From the human T2T-CHM13v2.0 reference genome, Homo sapiens: a stretch of 64,000 bases of DNA. The notes beneath the pieces were generated by a model. It was given only the letters and a program-made list of their open reading frames with translations, had not been told where the DNA came from and ran no database searches. The translations under genes and the position numbers were made by a program. Where the stretch lies: the NCBI RefSeq assembly GCF_009914755.1, contig NC_060942.1, one strand, 5' to 3'. Positions 25,391 to 38,402 of the stretch are shown here, one piece after another. Each line of letters starts with the position of its first letter. The stretch's first letter is position 1.

Positions 25391-27669
25391 TATTCTCTGA
25401 CTAGAGTGGATTTAAAACTAAAATCAATAACAAAAAGATAACAACATCTCCAGTTGTTTAGAAATAAAGAAATTCTCTTCCATAATCCACAGGTAAATAC
25501 TCAAAATGGAAATTAGAAAATATTTTAAACTTAGTAATAATAAAAATATAGTATATTAAAATTTGTGGGTTGCAGCTAAGCTGTGAGGGAAATTTTTAGT
25601 CTTGAAAGCATGTATTAGAAAAGAAGAAAGTTTGTGAATCAATGATCTAAGCATCCGTTTCAAGGAGATAATAAGAGATTAACAAACGAAACTCAAAGAA
25701 ATAGTAAGAAAAGGACAAAGGTGACAGAATAGAAAACAAAGGTACAAATAGAGAAAATCAAAGAAGCAAAATGTGGGGTGTTTGAAAGACTAATAAAATT
25801 GATAAAACCCTAGAGAGAGACAGACAGAAAACAAACTATTAATATGACAATGTAGACATTACTTTTTTCCTCAGACATGAAAAAAATAAAAATTATTTGA
25901 GAAAAAAGTTTAAACAAATGAATTTGAAGATTTAGATTAAATGAAAAAATCCTTTTGAGGTATATAACTTAGTAAACCTGATATAAGAAAAATAGAAAAG
26001 CTAAATAGTCCCATTAAAGCTATTAAATCTACAATAAATATATTTTCATGAAGACATGACAGCATAAGATGGCTTTGTCAGTAAACTGTTTCAAACATTT
26101 ACAAAATAAATAAGATCAATTTTACCCCAAATCTTTAGAAAATAAAAAAGAGAAGAGCTATTCCAATTTATTTTTACTACAGTAGCAATAATTCCAGAAA
26201 GTGTTGTTCAAAATAAATATGTATTTGTAAGACAGAAATTTCTCAAAAGATTCTTTTCAGGAACAGAAGCTCCACCTGCGTTTGCCTTAACTTTTTTTGC
26301 TCTATAATTTTTTGCTGAAAAACTGGAGTCTCTGCCTGCCAGAAACAGAAGTAAATCTTGTCTAGAAAAAGATAGCAACCAGAACTTCAAACTGTCTCTA
26401 TCACAGGCCAGAATAATATTGATTCCAAAACATGATAAAATCTTCATAAGAAAGAAAAATTACAAACTTACCTTTTTCATGATCACAGAAGCAAAAAATC
26501 TAAACAAATGATTAATTATTTAAATTCTATGACATGTGAAATAATAATATACCATTAGAAAATTAGTGTTCTGGCATGCAAGATTGATTTTAAATTTTTA
26601 AATCATCAATTTTATTTTTAACATTAACAAAATAAATTATACTATTATTGCCACAATGAATGCAGAAAAAATATATTAAAATTAAATATCATTTATGACA
26701 AAGACTCATCTCAAACCAAGGGTAAAAGGAAATTTCCTTATTTTGACAAAATGTACCTATAAAAGCTTACATCAAATACCATAATTAAGGACAAAATTCT
26801 TTCCCTGCTGAGATCAGAGAAAAGAAAAAGATGCACATTATCACTACTATCTGTTCAACTTTGTATTGAAATTTAGTCAATACAATAACATAAAAAATGA
26901 GTAGAAAAAAATATTGAAGGAAAGAAATAAAACTACCCTAACTACATAAGATGATGTAAGTGTGCAGAAAATGTTCAAAAATTCAAATATAAAGTGTCAG
27001 AATAAATAAATAAATTTAACTATGTAACTAGCACAAACTCAATGTAAAAAATGAGATATATTCCTATATATTAGAAGGTGTTAAAAAATTTAAAGAAAAT
27101 TTATTTGTAATAGTATCTACATAGTCAAATACCTTGAAATAAATCTAAGGGAGGATGTGTAGAAAATCTACACCAAAAACCATAAAACACTGTTGAGAGA
27201 AATTAAAGAATTAATTAAAGGGGGTGGATATATTATGGTCCAGAATTAGAAGTCTCAATATTTCCAAAATGTCAATTTTACCAAGTTGATTTATAGATTT
27301 AATGTAATCCCAGTGAACATTCCAGTAGTTTTTTTTTTTTAATGGAAATTGACAAGCTCATTCTAAGATGAAAAGGCAAAGATGCAGGAATAGTAAAAGA
27401 AACTGTGGAGATCAAAATTGGAATATATGTACGGCTAGATATCAAGTCTTGATTACCATAGCTTTATAATAAAACAGTGTCATATTGACATGAGTATTGG
27501 TTTTGAAACCGATGGAATAAAGAGTCCAGAAAGAACATTTTAGTCTCTTGAACATATATGGTCTTCTGATTTGTGATACTGGTGACAAGGCAGAGCGTGG
27601 AGAATACCATTCTTGTAGTAGTGGCAAGTCAATTGAATATCACCATGGTTCCCACTTAATAGCATAAGT

Positions 27670-27894
27670 CAGTGGTTCTTAACAGGGACAGTTTTGGCCT
27701 TCCTGCTCCCTTGGACATCCAGCAATGACTGGAGACATCACTGATTGTCATGACTTAGGATGGGACATGCTATGGTACTTAGTGGGTACAGGCAAGCGAT
27801 GCTGCTAAATGTCCTACAAGGCACAGGAGAGTCTCTACACAATGAAGACTTGGCCTGTCCAAAATGTCAATAGTGCTAAGGTTGAGAAACCACG
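27670..27894 (+). mobile_element. MER20 (hAT-Charlie)
   Basis: CAGTGGTTCTTAAC ... GATGCTGCTAAATGTCCTAC ... CCAAAATGTCAATAGTGCTAAGGTTGAGAAACC. Confidence 0.85.
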
Positions 27895-28121
27895 CTGAAA
27901 ACAAAAGTCAATCTTAGGAGGACTATAGGCTTATATAGGAAGATAGAACATTAAAGCTTATAAGAAAGAATGTATTCATGACCTTGGGTTGTCGAAATTT
28001 CTAAAAAGTGACACAAAAGAGCAGTAAGCATAAAGGAAGAGATTGATAAAGAAGAATACAAGTTGTTTATCAAACCACATCCCAAACACAGTAAGATGCT
28101 AAGCCATAAGAAAGATATTTG

Positions 28122-28122
<1 letters not shown>

Positions 28123-28163
<41 letters not shown>
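28123..28163. repeat. (TA)20 microsatellite
   Basis: Perfect TA run read directly. Confidence 0.95.
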
Positions 28164-28166
<3 letters not shown>

Positions 28167-29221
28167 ACAAAGTGCTTGTATTCAAAAATATATAAACAAT
28201 GTCTACAAATCAGTAAGAAAAAAGCCAACTCAAATAGAAAAATAGGCAAAAGAATCTCTTTTGACAGTAAGTATATGAGAAAGTGCTCAACATCATTAAT
28301 CACTAAGGAAATAAAAATTTAAAACTGTGAAGTAACATTATACATTCACCAGAAAGATTAAAATGTAAAAGACTGGGAAGCTGTCTTAATCCCAGTGTGG
28401 ATTAAACTGGGGAGCAACTGGAATTTTCATACACTGCTGACGGGATTGTAAACTGGAACAACTACTTTGGAAAACCATTTGTATCTACTAATACTAAAAC
28501 TGGACATGTACATATCCCTGTTACTTAGCAATACCAGTCCAACAGAAATGCATACACATGTGTACCAAAAGATATATACATATATGCACCAAAAGATATA
28601 TATCTTCTATCATGTACATACTTGCAGATTATATACATGATATATCATAAATAGGTACATACTCATATGTATATATACATACACACATATACCTATGTAT
28701 GTATAAAAGTTTATAGCAGCATTACTCATAATAGTTAAAAACTGGTAACAACCTAGTTGTCTATCAACAGTATGGATAAGGTCTAGTATATTCACACAAT
28801 GGAATTCCTCACAGCAATGAAAATGAATAAACCATTGTATATACAATAACATGAATAACTCTTACAACGTTGAATGAATGTCAGACACAAAAGGGTACAG
28901 GTACATATGATGTCATTCATTATATTAATATGAAAATTGGGTGTTACAAGTCAGGATAGTGTTATCTTTGGAGAGGAAGTTAGGGTTAGGGACTGAGAGA
29001 GGGGCAAGGGAGGGCTTCTGTGGTGTTAGTGATATTTTATTCCTTATCTGAACGGTGGTGATACAGGTGTGTTCCTTGTGTAAAAATTCGCTGAGCTTCA
29101 CACTTATGATTTGTGTACTTTTTCTATCTGTGTATCAATAAAAATATTTATTTGAAAAAATGCATGAGTGGGATGGAGTGAGGAAAAAGTTGGTGCAGAA
29201 ATAAAATATGCTTTTAGAGTT

Positions 29222-29462
29222 CAAATATCATATATCCTCACTTATAAGTGGGAGCTAAATCATGTATACATATGGATAGATAGTGTGGAATAATAGACTT
29301 CAGAGACTAGAAAAGTGGGAAGATTGGATGGGGTGAGGGATGAAAAATTACTTAATAGGTACAATTATTCAGGTGATGATTACATGGAAAAAACCAGACC
29401 TCATCACTGTGCAATATATACATGAAACAAAACTGCACTTGTATCTCTTAAATTTATACAAA
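29222..29462 (+). mobile_element. L1MA-type 3' end fragment
   Basis: CTCACTTATAAGTGGGAGCTAAAT, GTGAGGGATGAAAAATTACTTAAT, AAAACTGCACTTGTA. Confidence 0.75.
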
Positions 29463-29974
29463 TTATTGTATAATAATACAAATTATTGTATAATTTGTAT
29501 AATTATTGTATATATATCATATATATATTTACACACCCTTAAAAAGTATCTGCATTTGAGTTTGCAAGATAAAAATTTCTGACCATGTTTCCTATTCAAA
29601 ATATTGGAGAATTATAATGCATTTTCTCAATTCCCTTATGATAAATCAAGTTGGCAAAACAATTGGTATTTGTTTCTTACCAAGTTTTCCTAGTTCTTTT
29701 TTTAAAAATATTAGTATGAGCCTGAACTACACAAACTTTCTTTGTTCTTTCCCTTCCTCAATTTGGTTTACCTTGCCTAAGTCTAAAGACCCCTCCTGTA
29801 TTTACCAATATTTTCCTCTTGAGACAGGTGTTGGTAGAGCAGGGAACACTGCTCTGAGGGTAGCATCCCTGAGTGGCAAGGAAAGGTTATGTTCCCATTT
29901 TTCAGGGTACAACATAGCATCTATCAGTTATTATAGAGTGCTTAACAATAGATGACTTCTAGTGTATAGTGGTC

Positions 29975-30274
29975 TTTTGTTTTTGTTTTTAAAGATGAAG
30001 TTTTGCTCTTGTTGCCCGGGCTGGAGTACAATGGTGTGATCTCGGCTCCTCGCACCCTACACCTCCTGGTTCAAGCGATTCTTCGGCTTCAGCCTCCCGA
30101 GGAGCTGGGATTACAGGCACCCGCCACCATGCCCAGGTAATTTTTTGCATTTTTAGTACAGACGGGGCTTCACCATGTTGGCCAGGCTAGTCTCGAGCTC
30201 CTGACCTCAGGTGATTCACCAGCCTAGGCCTCTCGAAGTGCTGGGATTACAGGCGTGAGCCGCCGCACCCGGCC
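29975..30274 (-). mobile_element. AluSq-like
   Basis: Antisense Alu with TTTTGCTCTTGTTGCCC and CTGACCTCAGGTGAT, ending CCCGGCC. Confidence 0.88.
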
Positions 30275-30735
30275 TAGCGTTTTTGCTGACCAGTTTGTGT
30301 TAATATCTTTCATCAACACACATCTATGTGACCTCCACAAAGTAAACTGGCTGTTGAATCTGTACCCTGTTAATTGATAATTATTATTGTATTTAACTTC
30401 TTTCTTTTACACGGTAGTCCCATTACTTTAAGATATGCTTATACATGTTTCAAATTCACTAAAAGAGCTTGCTGTTATATTTAAGAGAATCTATTACTTC
30501 AAAATTAACAAAACTACTAACCATTCTTTACATTACACTCAAATTAAATTCTACACATTTTCCTAAACTTCTGGACAGCAAAAGATCACGTCGAAAGAGT
30601 CTGTTTCAGATGTCCATAGGCTCAAATTTAGTTTTTAAAACTATTCTACAAATTAAAAAATGTTCACTTTAAAATTTTAGCTCTAGAATAAATGGGTCTT
30701 CTTGAGACACTATAGTATGTCAACAAAAGTGATTA

Positions 30736-31064
30736 CAGTTGTCCCTCCATATCCATGGGGGATTGGTTCAGCAACCACACTGATACCAAAATCCTAGAAT
30801 GCTTCAGTCCCTAATATAAAAAAAAAAGGCGTAGTATTAGCATATCACCTACACACATCATTCTATATATTTTAAATCATCTCTAAATTACCTATAATAC
30901 TTAATACAGTGTGAGTGCTATTAAACAGTTGTTATACTATATTGTTTCTCCATTTATATTATTTTTATTGTTGTATTGTTATTTTTAATTTTTTCCTGAA
31001 TATTTTTGATCTGCAGTTGGTTGAACCTGAGTGTGCAGGACCTGCAGATATGCAGGGCTGACTA
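30736..31064 (+). mobile_element. MER2B/MER2
   Basis: CAGTTGTCCCTCCATATCCATGGGGGATTGGTTC ... GATATGCAGGGCTGACTA. TA on both flanks. Confidence 0.85.
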
Positions 31065-32544
31065 TATAGAGAGAAAAATGGGAAGCGAGATCATAGAGAC
31101 TTTTGTACCCTAACAGAGCCTTTCCAGAAACTCCCGTCTCGCAATGACATACTGTTGTTTTAAACAAGTCCTGCTGGAATTATTGCGGCTGTGGTGCATG
31201 TGGCAGAGAAGGACTGTCCCTGAGGATGAAATAGTGCTGACATTCTGCACTGTAGATGGAGTCATGAGTGCTGTGGGGAAATGAGGATGGGCGAGGGACA
31301 GTGAAATAGGGAGAAATGATCACTTAACATTGTTATAAATTCTCTCTCACTATACTTTAATTGCAAAGGAACTCCAAAAAGATAATATTTAATTATATGG
31401 ACTTAATGCCCTGAGTACATGAAAGGAGAATGAAGTGCGTCAAAGAACTTGGAAATAAGGGAAATGAGGCCACTTTGTGAGAGTCAGGCTATCACAGTGG
31501 TATACATGGAATGAAGCATAGGTAGTCACCTGAAAGAGACCTTTTTGGCATGTGAGGGAGCGTCTCAGAGAGCTGCTTTATATGTACTCCAGCGCATGTC
31601 CAATTCTTCTGCACTGGCCTCCTCATTTGCTGCCATGATGTCACCTGTCTCTTGGCTGTCCCTTCTGGGACACTGGATCAACTAATGACTGATAACTAAT
31701 GGGAGCTACACCTATCCTTCTGAGCCCGTTTTCATGAGAGGATCATTGTTTGTATCATTTTTGTACGGGTCCTGCCCCAGGTCTCCACAATGCAGCATTT
31801 ATAACATCATGCTGTAAATTTAATGAGGATTTACTTAAGGTTTGGTAGAAAGGAATAGCTGTAAACTATGGGGAAGAATTGATAACGGTTCCTAAGCCCA
31901 GACTCACCCTCAAGTCAACTCCAGGTGTGGTCCCTGTTCTCTCCCAAGCTACTGCCAAATGGCTCCAGGCCACCTTCATTCTTCTGCCTTCATATCCAGA
32001 CTTCTTCATACATCTGAGTCCAGGAAAAATTGTCTTTGGCTCCAGAAAGAATTTGTTATTGTTTACCCCCACCCCAATGAAGGCTGTCTCTGTAATGTGT
32101 TTGTCTTGATCCCAGCTGCATTTTTAGCACCTAGCAAAGGGCCTAAGACATGGTGGGTTACAGTTTATTCATGCAATAAATATTAGGTGAATGAAAAAAG
32201 CAAGAATGGTCATTTTCTGTTTGTTTATACCTCTCTGGAGACTTGACAAATACATTGTATTAATCAAATTAACTAGCACTCTGATCATCCTTTGGAAGAA
32301 AGCAAGGGCCCCTGAGGTTATCTGAGGATATATTTTCTGACTGATATACATTATAGGCCAGATGATGACTGCCATTTGTTCATCCTCTTTTGGTTTAGGA
32401 ATTTGATAACACACATTCCTCAAAGATTTTGAAACCCCTACAAATAATTAGGTGAATTTTAATCACATGGCCCAGTGTACTGATTTTTAAGATGGTTTTA
32501 TAAATTGTTCATCTCAGACAGAGCAATAGTTTTAGTCAGTTCTC

Positions 32545-32718
32545 TGAAACTCTATTTGAGTGTGGTCCCTACAAGAACAGGATCATCACTTGGGAGTTTG
32601 TTTGAAATTTAGACTCTCAGGCCTCATCTAGAACTTCTGAATCATAATTTGTATGTTAACAAGATACAAAAGACCAAAAGAGGATGTGTGTATGTATATT
32701 AAAGTTTGAGAAGCACTC
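32545..32718 (+). mobile_element. MER5A-like hAT element
   Basis: GTGTGGTCCC, CATCACTTGGGAGTTTGTTTGAAAT, AAAGTTTGAGAAGCACT. Confidence 0.7.
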
Positions 32719-33194
32719 CAAGGAGTCATGGGTCTTGGGAATCTTGTTTAAATTCCTTGTTCTCAGTGTAGTCCACATTCACAGAGGAAGAAAAGTTTCC
32801 CTTTGATTAGGGTTTTCCTTCTGTTTCTCTTCTCCTGTTAAGACATCATACCTCTCTTGATCTGAGTGAAAAGAGCAGGGTGGAATACGGTGAAACATTT
32901 GCCTCTTACCTGCCTCTATACACTGGTAAGTTTCTACACACAAGATATGCATAGGAAAAACATCTGGGTATTTTGTCTGTAGCACCAGCTAACACCGTTG
33001 AAGAGACTAGAGGTTGTCACCATCAATCCAGCCACTTCCTGGATACTCTGTGCCTAGACAGGTAATTGCTATTCAATCCACCTCTTTTTGAACCTTTCCA
33101 ACCCTTTAGAAAATTCCAGCTTTTAGATAAATGTAGGTTACTGAACCTAAACAGCAAATAATTGCAGCCCATTAAACTCTCAATAAGAAGATGG

Positions 33195-33318
33195 CCCTAG
33201 CTACTTGGGAGGCTGAGGCGGGAAGATTGCTTGAGCCCAGGAGTTTGAGTCCAGCCTGGGCAATAAGAAATACCCTGTCTCTAAAAATAAAACATAAAAA
33301 ATAAATTATATTTACAAA
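33195..33318 (+). mobile_element. 5'-truncated free Alu monomer (FLAM-like)
   Basis: CTACTTGGGAGGCTGAGGCGGGAAGATTGCTTGAGCCCAGGAGTTTGAG, an A-rich tail, and TSD-like AAGATGG on both sides. Confidence 0.8.
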
Positions 33319-35896
33319 AAGAAAAGATGGTTCAGCTTTTGTCTATAGAGTGACTTTAAAATTAGGGCTGCTTCTAATCCTCTATTCAGACCCTGTGCAC
33401 AACATCTATTTTATTGGAATTGTCTCCCCAGTCCTCATGAAATGAGTGTTAGAGATTGTGTCTTCAAGGTAGTTTAATTTCCTGGACCATTTTTTACCTG
33501 TCAGAACATTATGAATGGGTTTTCTTCTTCGCAGTTATTTTTGTGCTTATGTCAATCTTCTGTAATAGTTGTGCATATATGTATATTTCACAGTCTATAT
33601 TTTTTCCACGGGTAAATTTTTAAAAAATTTCCCATCTCCACCAATTTTCAGGGCTGTTATATGGGATTACACGCCTATATTTTCTCATCATTTAAGCTTT
33701 TGATCTCTGTGCTATCTCAGATATTTTAGATTCTTTCTTCTGGCTGATTTGAGGCTTGATTTCTTTGCTTTCCCTTTTCTGTATTAAAATAATTTAAAAA
33801 CCTAGAAGGCTCTTCTTGGCATGGCAGCTGCAACTTTGACTAAAAAGTCCTGTGGGGTACCACAAGTCTACCTCTGGCTAAGATGGACTCCTCTTCATAC
33901 TATCTTTTCTAACAATGTTTCCAGATCCAACACAGGTTTTGATACCATTTCTCCGACTGCTCTCTATTAAACAGTAGTTTCCAGAAATTCCTATCTCTAA
34001 AAGCAACTTTATTTCAAAGCAGATTTTCCAGAGAACACTCTCAGTTTCCAGAACCTAATGGTTTCCACAACAGGCTGAGACGTCTCCCCCACTGGCTGGC
34101 GCAGTAACTGCCCGGATCTCCAAAACTTACCCAGGCTGGACTCTAACCTACCCTGACACTCAGCATTCTGACACTCCTAGCAATGTTCCTTCCTTTACCT
34201 TTTTTCTCTGAATTTTATTTTAGAAACTCAGCATTTGAAGGACTGGGCGTAAAACAATCACCTTCCACATACCACCCTTCCCAAGTACTTCCAGGAAGAC
34301 TGTGGAGTAGCATCTTCACTGCATTCTGGTGCTGTTTTCTCAAACCTGTTCACACTGGTCCTGAATATTTTCAGTCCTGTTTATTTTATTTTTGTTACTT
34401 TCAGAGGGCTTTCATTTCTGCAATATTCAAAATTTTTTCTCTTCTATTTCTTTCTTATTATCCTGCCAGCTCATTTTAATTGACAGCATTTTTTTGAGTC
34501 CTTTTAAAAAAGAGATGTAATGCTCTCCCTAATTTTGTTTAGATTATGGTATTTTATATCTTCCATTTCCTTGATTAATTTTTGTGTGTGTGTATTCTTT
34601 GCGTACCCTTTGCTTATATTGTTTCTATTGTTTCTTCTTCTTTTTTTTTTTGCAGTTTCTCAGCATGTGTTTATACCATTGTCTCTTTTCTGATTATTAA
34701 CTTGTATTTGAAATGAGTTGAATATTTGCTACACAGTACTCTAAGGAGGGAAGAGATTGGGGTTGGGATAAAGGCAGGAAGAGCAGGAAAGCATGAGGTG
34801 CAGTAATTCACAACTTCAGTCTGGACTTTTTTTTTTTTTTTAACAAATAACTATTCACCAAATCAGTTCTATCCTAAATCAGTTCTATCCTTCTCCTGGT
34901 GGCATGACTCTCATAGGATCTTCAGCATTTATGATGTGGACTCACCAAGTTTCACCTCACACTATCCTATGGGTAGGTGTCCAGATTGTAGATAATAGAA
35001 ATAATTGGTAAGATAATTCCGCCTTCGGTATGACCTTCCTTTGTATCTGTATCTATGGGATGTATCCTAATTCTCCTAGATTGTATGTCTCTATTCAGAT
35101 ACCCACTAGATTATCACTTGACAATGTGATCATTCTTAATTAATTAATTGCTTTACATGAAACTGTATTTCGACAGAATATTTGGCAGGAACATTTTGTG
35201 TTTTGGGTTTTGACACTGTGACTATTTCCTTGTTTTGATGAAGATTCATTCCCCCTTTTTTGTTAGGTGACTTTATTCTGGCATCTTTCCCCACATTCCC
35301 AGACTATATTTTTTTTTAATGAGGGTTCATTGAAGTTTTAGAGAAAATTGAGCAGAAAATCAACATAGAGAATAGAATAGACCTCCTAAACCTAGATCAA
35401 CCTTCCGTATATTGAACTCCTCTTAGGATGAATAATGAAAGAGACATCCATTCCCTTTAGACAGCAGCCTTATTTAGACAAATAGGTTTGTGGTTTAGCT
35501 TGACAGTCCCACAAGAGAAACATAAGATAATTTGGTGTTAATACATTTCCAAATGTCTTGGTTATTCATTGGCTTCCAAGTTTTGTTATTACATAAAGAA
35601 GAAATGTGGAAAACAGAAAAAAAAAAAAGAATTTCCAGCAATGAAAGCACAGAAGCGGGACAGTTGGAAGGGCAGCTTTTGTTAGGATGCTCTAAGTCCT
35701 CTCCAGGGGATGTGTCCTCTTCAGTAAGTAGTTATTTTGTCTCCTCATTGAGTAGCTGGGGGCCACACCCTATCAGAATCAATACGTTTCAACATCTGAG
35801 TCAACATCTGAATATGACCCTTTTATTCTACTTTCATTCTGACTCTTTCACAATTTGATTTCCTGTGTAGTTTACCTATAGTGAAACATATCTGCA

Positions 35897-36194
35897 GGCC
35901 AATCGCAATGGCTCACGCCTGTTGTCCCAACACTTTGGGAGGTCGAGGCTGGCGAATCACATGAGGCCAGGAGTTTGAGACCAGCCTGGCCAACATGATG
36001 AAACCCCCGCCTCTACTAAAAATGCAAAAATTACCTGGGTGTGGTGGTGTGCACCTGTAGTCCCAGCGACTTGGGAGGCTGAGGCATGCAAATTGCTTGA
36101 ACCCGGGAGGTGGAGGTTGCAGTAAGCCAAGATCAAGTCACTGTACTCCAGCATGAGTGACAGAGCAAGACTCTGTCTCAAAAAAAAAAAAAAA
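35897..36194 (+). mobile_element. AluS (Sz/Sx-like)
   Basis: Full dimeric Alu with poly(A) tail. Confidence 0.88.
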
Positions 36195-36197
36195 GAA

Positions 36198-36340
36198 TAT
36201 ATATACATGTATATACGTATATAAGTATATATATGCATGCATATATATACATATATACGTATATACATGTATATATATACATATATGTGTGTGTATGTGT
36301 GGGTGTGTGTGTGTGTGTGTTTGTATTTTATATATATATG
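36198..36340. repeat. Compound (TA/CA)n-(TG)n microsatellite
   Basis: About 140 bp of largely alternating purine-pyrimidine sequence directly after the Alu tail. Confidence 0.9.
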
Positions 36341-36789
36341 CTTATTTAGCCTGTTAACATGAAAGTTTTCCTTGGCTGTTAACCTTCTTTTTTTTAAATT
36401 TAATTAAACATTCTGAGTTTACCATTGAGTAAGCTTTGATAGCATGGTTTAATATTCCTAACTTAGATAGTCTCCAAAACAAAGAAGAAGTGGAATTTCA
36501 GAGCATGCAAGGCTGATGGCAGCCCCAGAATGTGGTCATCACACCAAGTATATGTACCTGAAGGGAGTTAGTCTTGTAGACAAGGCATGCTTTTCTGGCA
36601 TGGCTGCTTCAGCAGGATGGGGACCACTTAGATTTGAACCCCCACCATATATACATTGATTACCTACAGGAAAAACTGATGGGACATTCAAACACTGGTA
36701 GAGTTAGATGTATCTAATGAATCCATTGTCATAACTCAGCCTTCCACACAACCCCAAGAAGCTTCCAAGCCTAAAATAATTTTAACCAA

Positions 36790-37090
36790 TGTTTTGAGTA
36801 GGCAGGTCCATGCAAACCTACCCCAAAGTCAAGGAAGCTGAGAGGCCAAAGAAAGAGGCTGACAAATCCAATTGTTTGGAAAGAAACATTTAACAGGGGC
36901 TTATGAACAGAAGCCATGTCTGCATCTCAGATGGTGACAAGACAAGGTGGTAGATCCCCATGCCACTGCTCCCCAGACCTAGGAATTATACACTGTAGGG
37001 GAGGGGCACCTGTGCTTCAGAGGGAATGGATAGAAATTTGCCACCAGGGCAGGATTTACGGTCAGCACTGCTCTTACACAAGGAACAATA
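36790..37090 (-). mobile_element. Partial ERV-type LTR (family not assigned)
   Basis: GCAGGTCCATGCAAACCTACCCCAAAGTC...GAAGCTGAGAGGCCAAAGAAAGAGGCTGAC resembles an antisense ERV LTR 3' end. Confidence 0.55.
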
Positions 37091-37094
37091 GAGA

Positions 37095-37283
37095 GAGAGG
37101 GAGATCACACCCAAGATGGAAGCTGCAGCATCTCGAAAGTACAGCCCATCCCATTGGCCACATTCTATTCATTAGAAATGTGTCACTAAGTCCAGCCCAC
37201 ACTTCAGGTGGAGGGAAATTAAGTTCCACCTCCTGAAAGGAGAGAGATGAAGAATTTGCAGACATATTTTTTAAACCACCAAA
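37095..37283 (-). mobile_element. MLT1F-like MaLR LTR fragment
   Basis: GTCACTAAGTCCAGCCCACACT and GAATTTGCAGACATATTTTTTAAACCACC match the reverse of the recalled MLT1F start. Confidence 0.7.
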
Positions 37284-37544
37284 AATATATTGTTTTAGTC
37301 ATTATTACCCTGTGAAATTTGTATACTAGGTTTCAAGACATGTATCATGTTCTTTTATATTATCATTAAAACAAATTGCATATTACACATTTTAACTTAA
37401 TGAACTTCAATGTATTGGGTTTGTGTGTGTGTGTGTGTGTGTGCACGTGTGCGTGCAAGAAAGAGAGAGGCTAGGAGAGAAATAATACCTATTTAAATAG
37501 TGCAAGGGAAAGAAAACACAATACAAGCTACTTCATGGGATTCA

Positions 37545-37880
37545 GATTTGAATTAACCAGCTACAAGAGATATTTTAAGGAATACTACACAGAATTTGAA
37601 TGTAGACTGGATATTAGGTGATCTTAAGAAGTTAGAAATTTTGTTAGGTATGAAAATGATATTGGGCCATGAAAGAAAATGTCCTCTTTGGAAAAAGGTA
37701 CTGACTGACATTTTTTGGGGGTGAATATGGTATCTGTAATTTATTTTACAATTTTAACCTCCTTCCAAAAGGTGAACAAATATGCCAAAATTAGCATTTG
37801 TCAAAACTTAGTAAAGGTTATGTGGCTGTCTGGTTTACCATTTTCTACTCCTCTGTGCTTGAAATTTCATAATAACAAGT
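37545..37880 (+). mobile_element. Old L1MC/L1ME 3' end fragment
   Basis: GAATTTGAATGTAGACTGGATATTAGGTGAT ... TTGAAATTTCATAATAA. Confidence 0.6.
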
Positions 37881-38185
37881 CAAAAAACAAAAACCAAGCA
37901 AACAAAAAAAAATCAGTGCAGTGCATCTGCCTCCATTGGAGTGCACAGGCCAGGGAGTGAGGTGGAGGCGAGAGTGTGGGCTTCCTGCAGGGTCAGTGTC
38001 TTGCCATGTCGAAATAAACTCCATTACAAAATGATATTTTATATGTGTTTGTTCATTTATAGACTGTTTATTGTCTATTTGTCTATTCAAAATTGTTTAT
38101 ATTTGATTTCATAGGCTATTTTAGAGAATTTGAAACTATTTTGACATCATCTAAGTTTTGCCTATTATAATGCTGTTAGAACTGA

Positions 38186-38402
<217 letters not shown>

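Larger units (their letters stand above)
23930..29160 (+). mobile_element. Old, highly diverged L1ME-type LINE carrying nested MER2, MER20 and an orphan insert; left boundary approximate
   Basis: A-rich, collinear ORF2-like tracts (AAAGAAGAAATTGACAAATCC; CCAAGTTGATTTATAGATTTAATGTAATCCC) and an L1ME-type 3' end (AGTCAGGATAGTGTTATCTTTGG ... CACTTATGATTTGTGTACTTTT ... AATAAAA). Confidence 0.8.
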
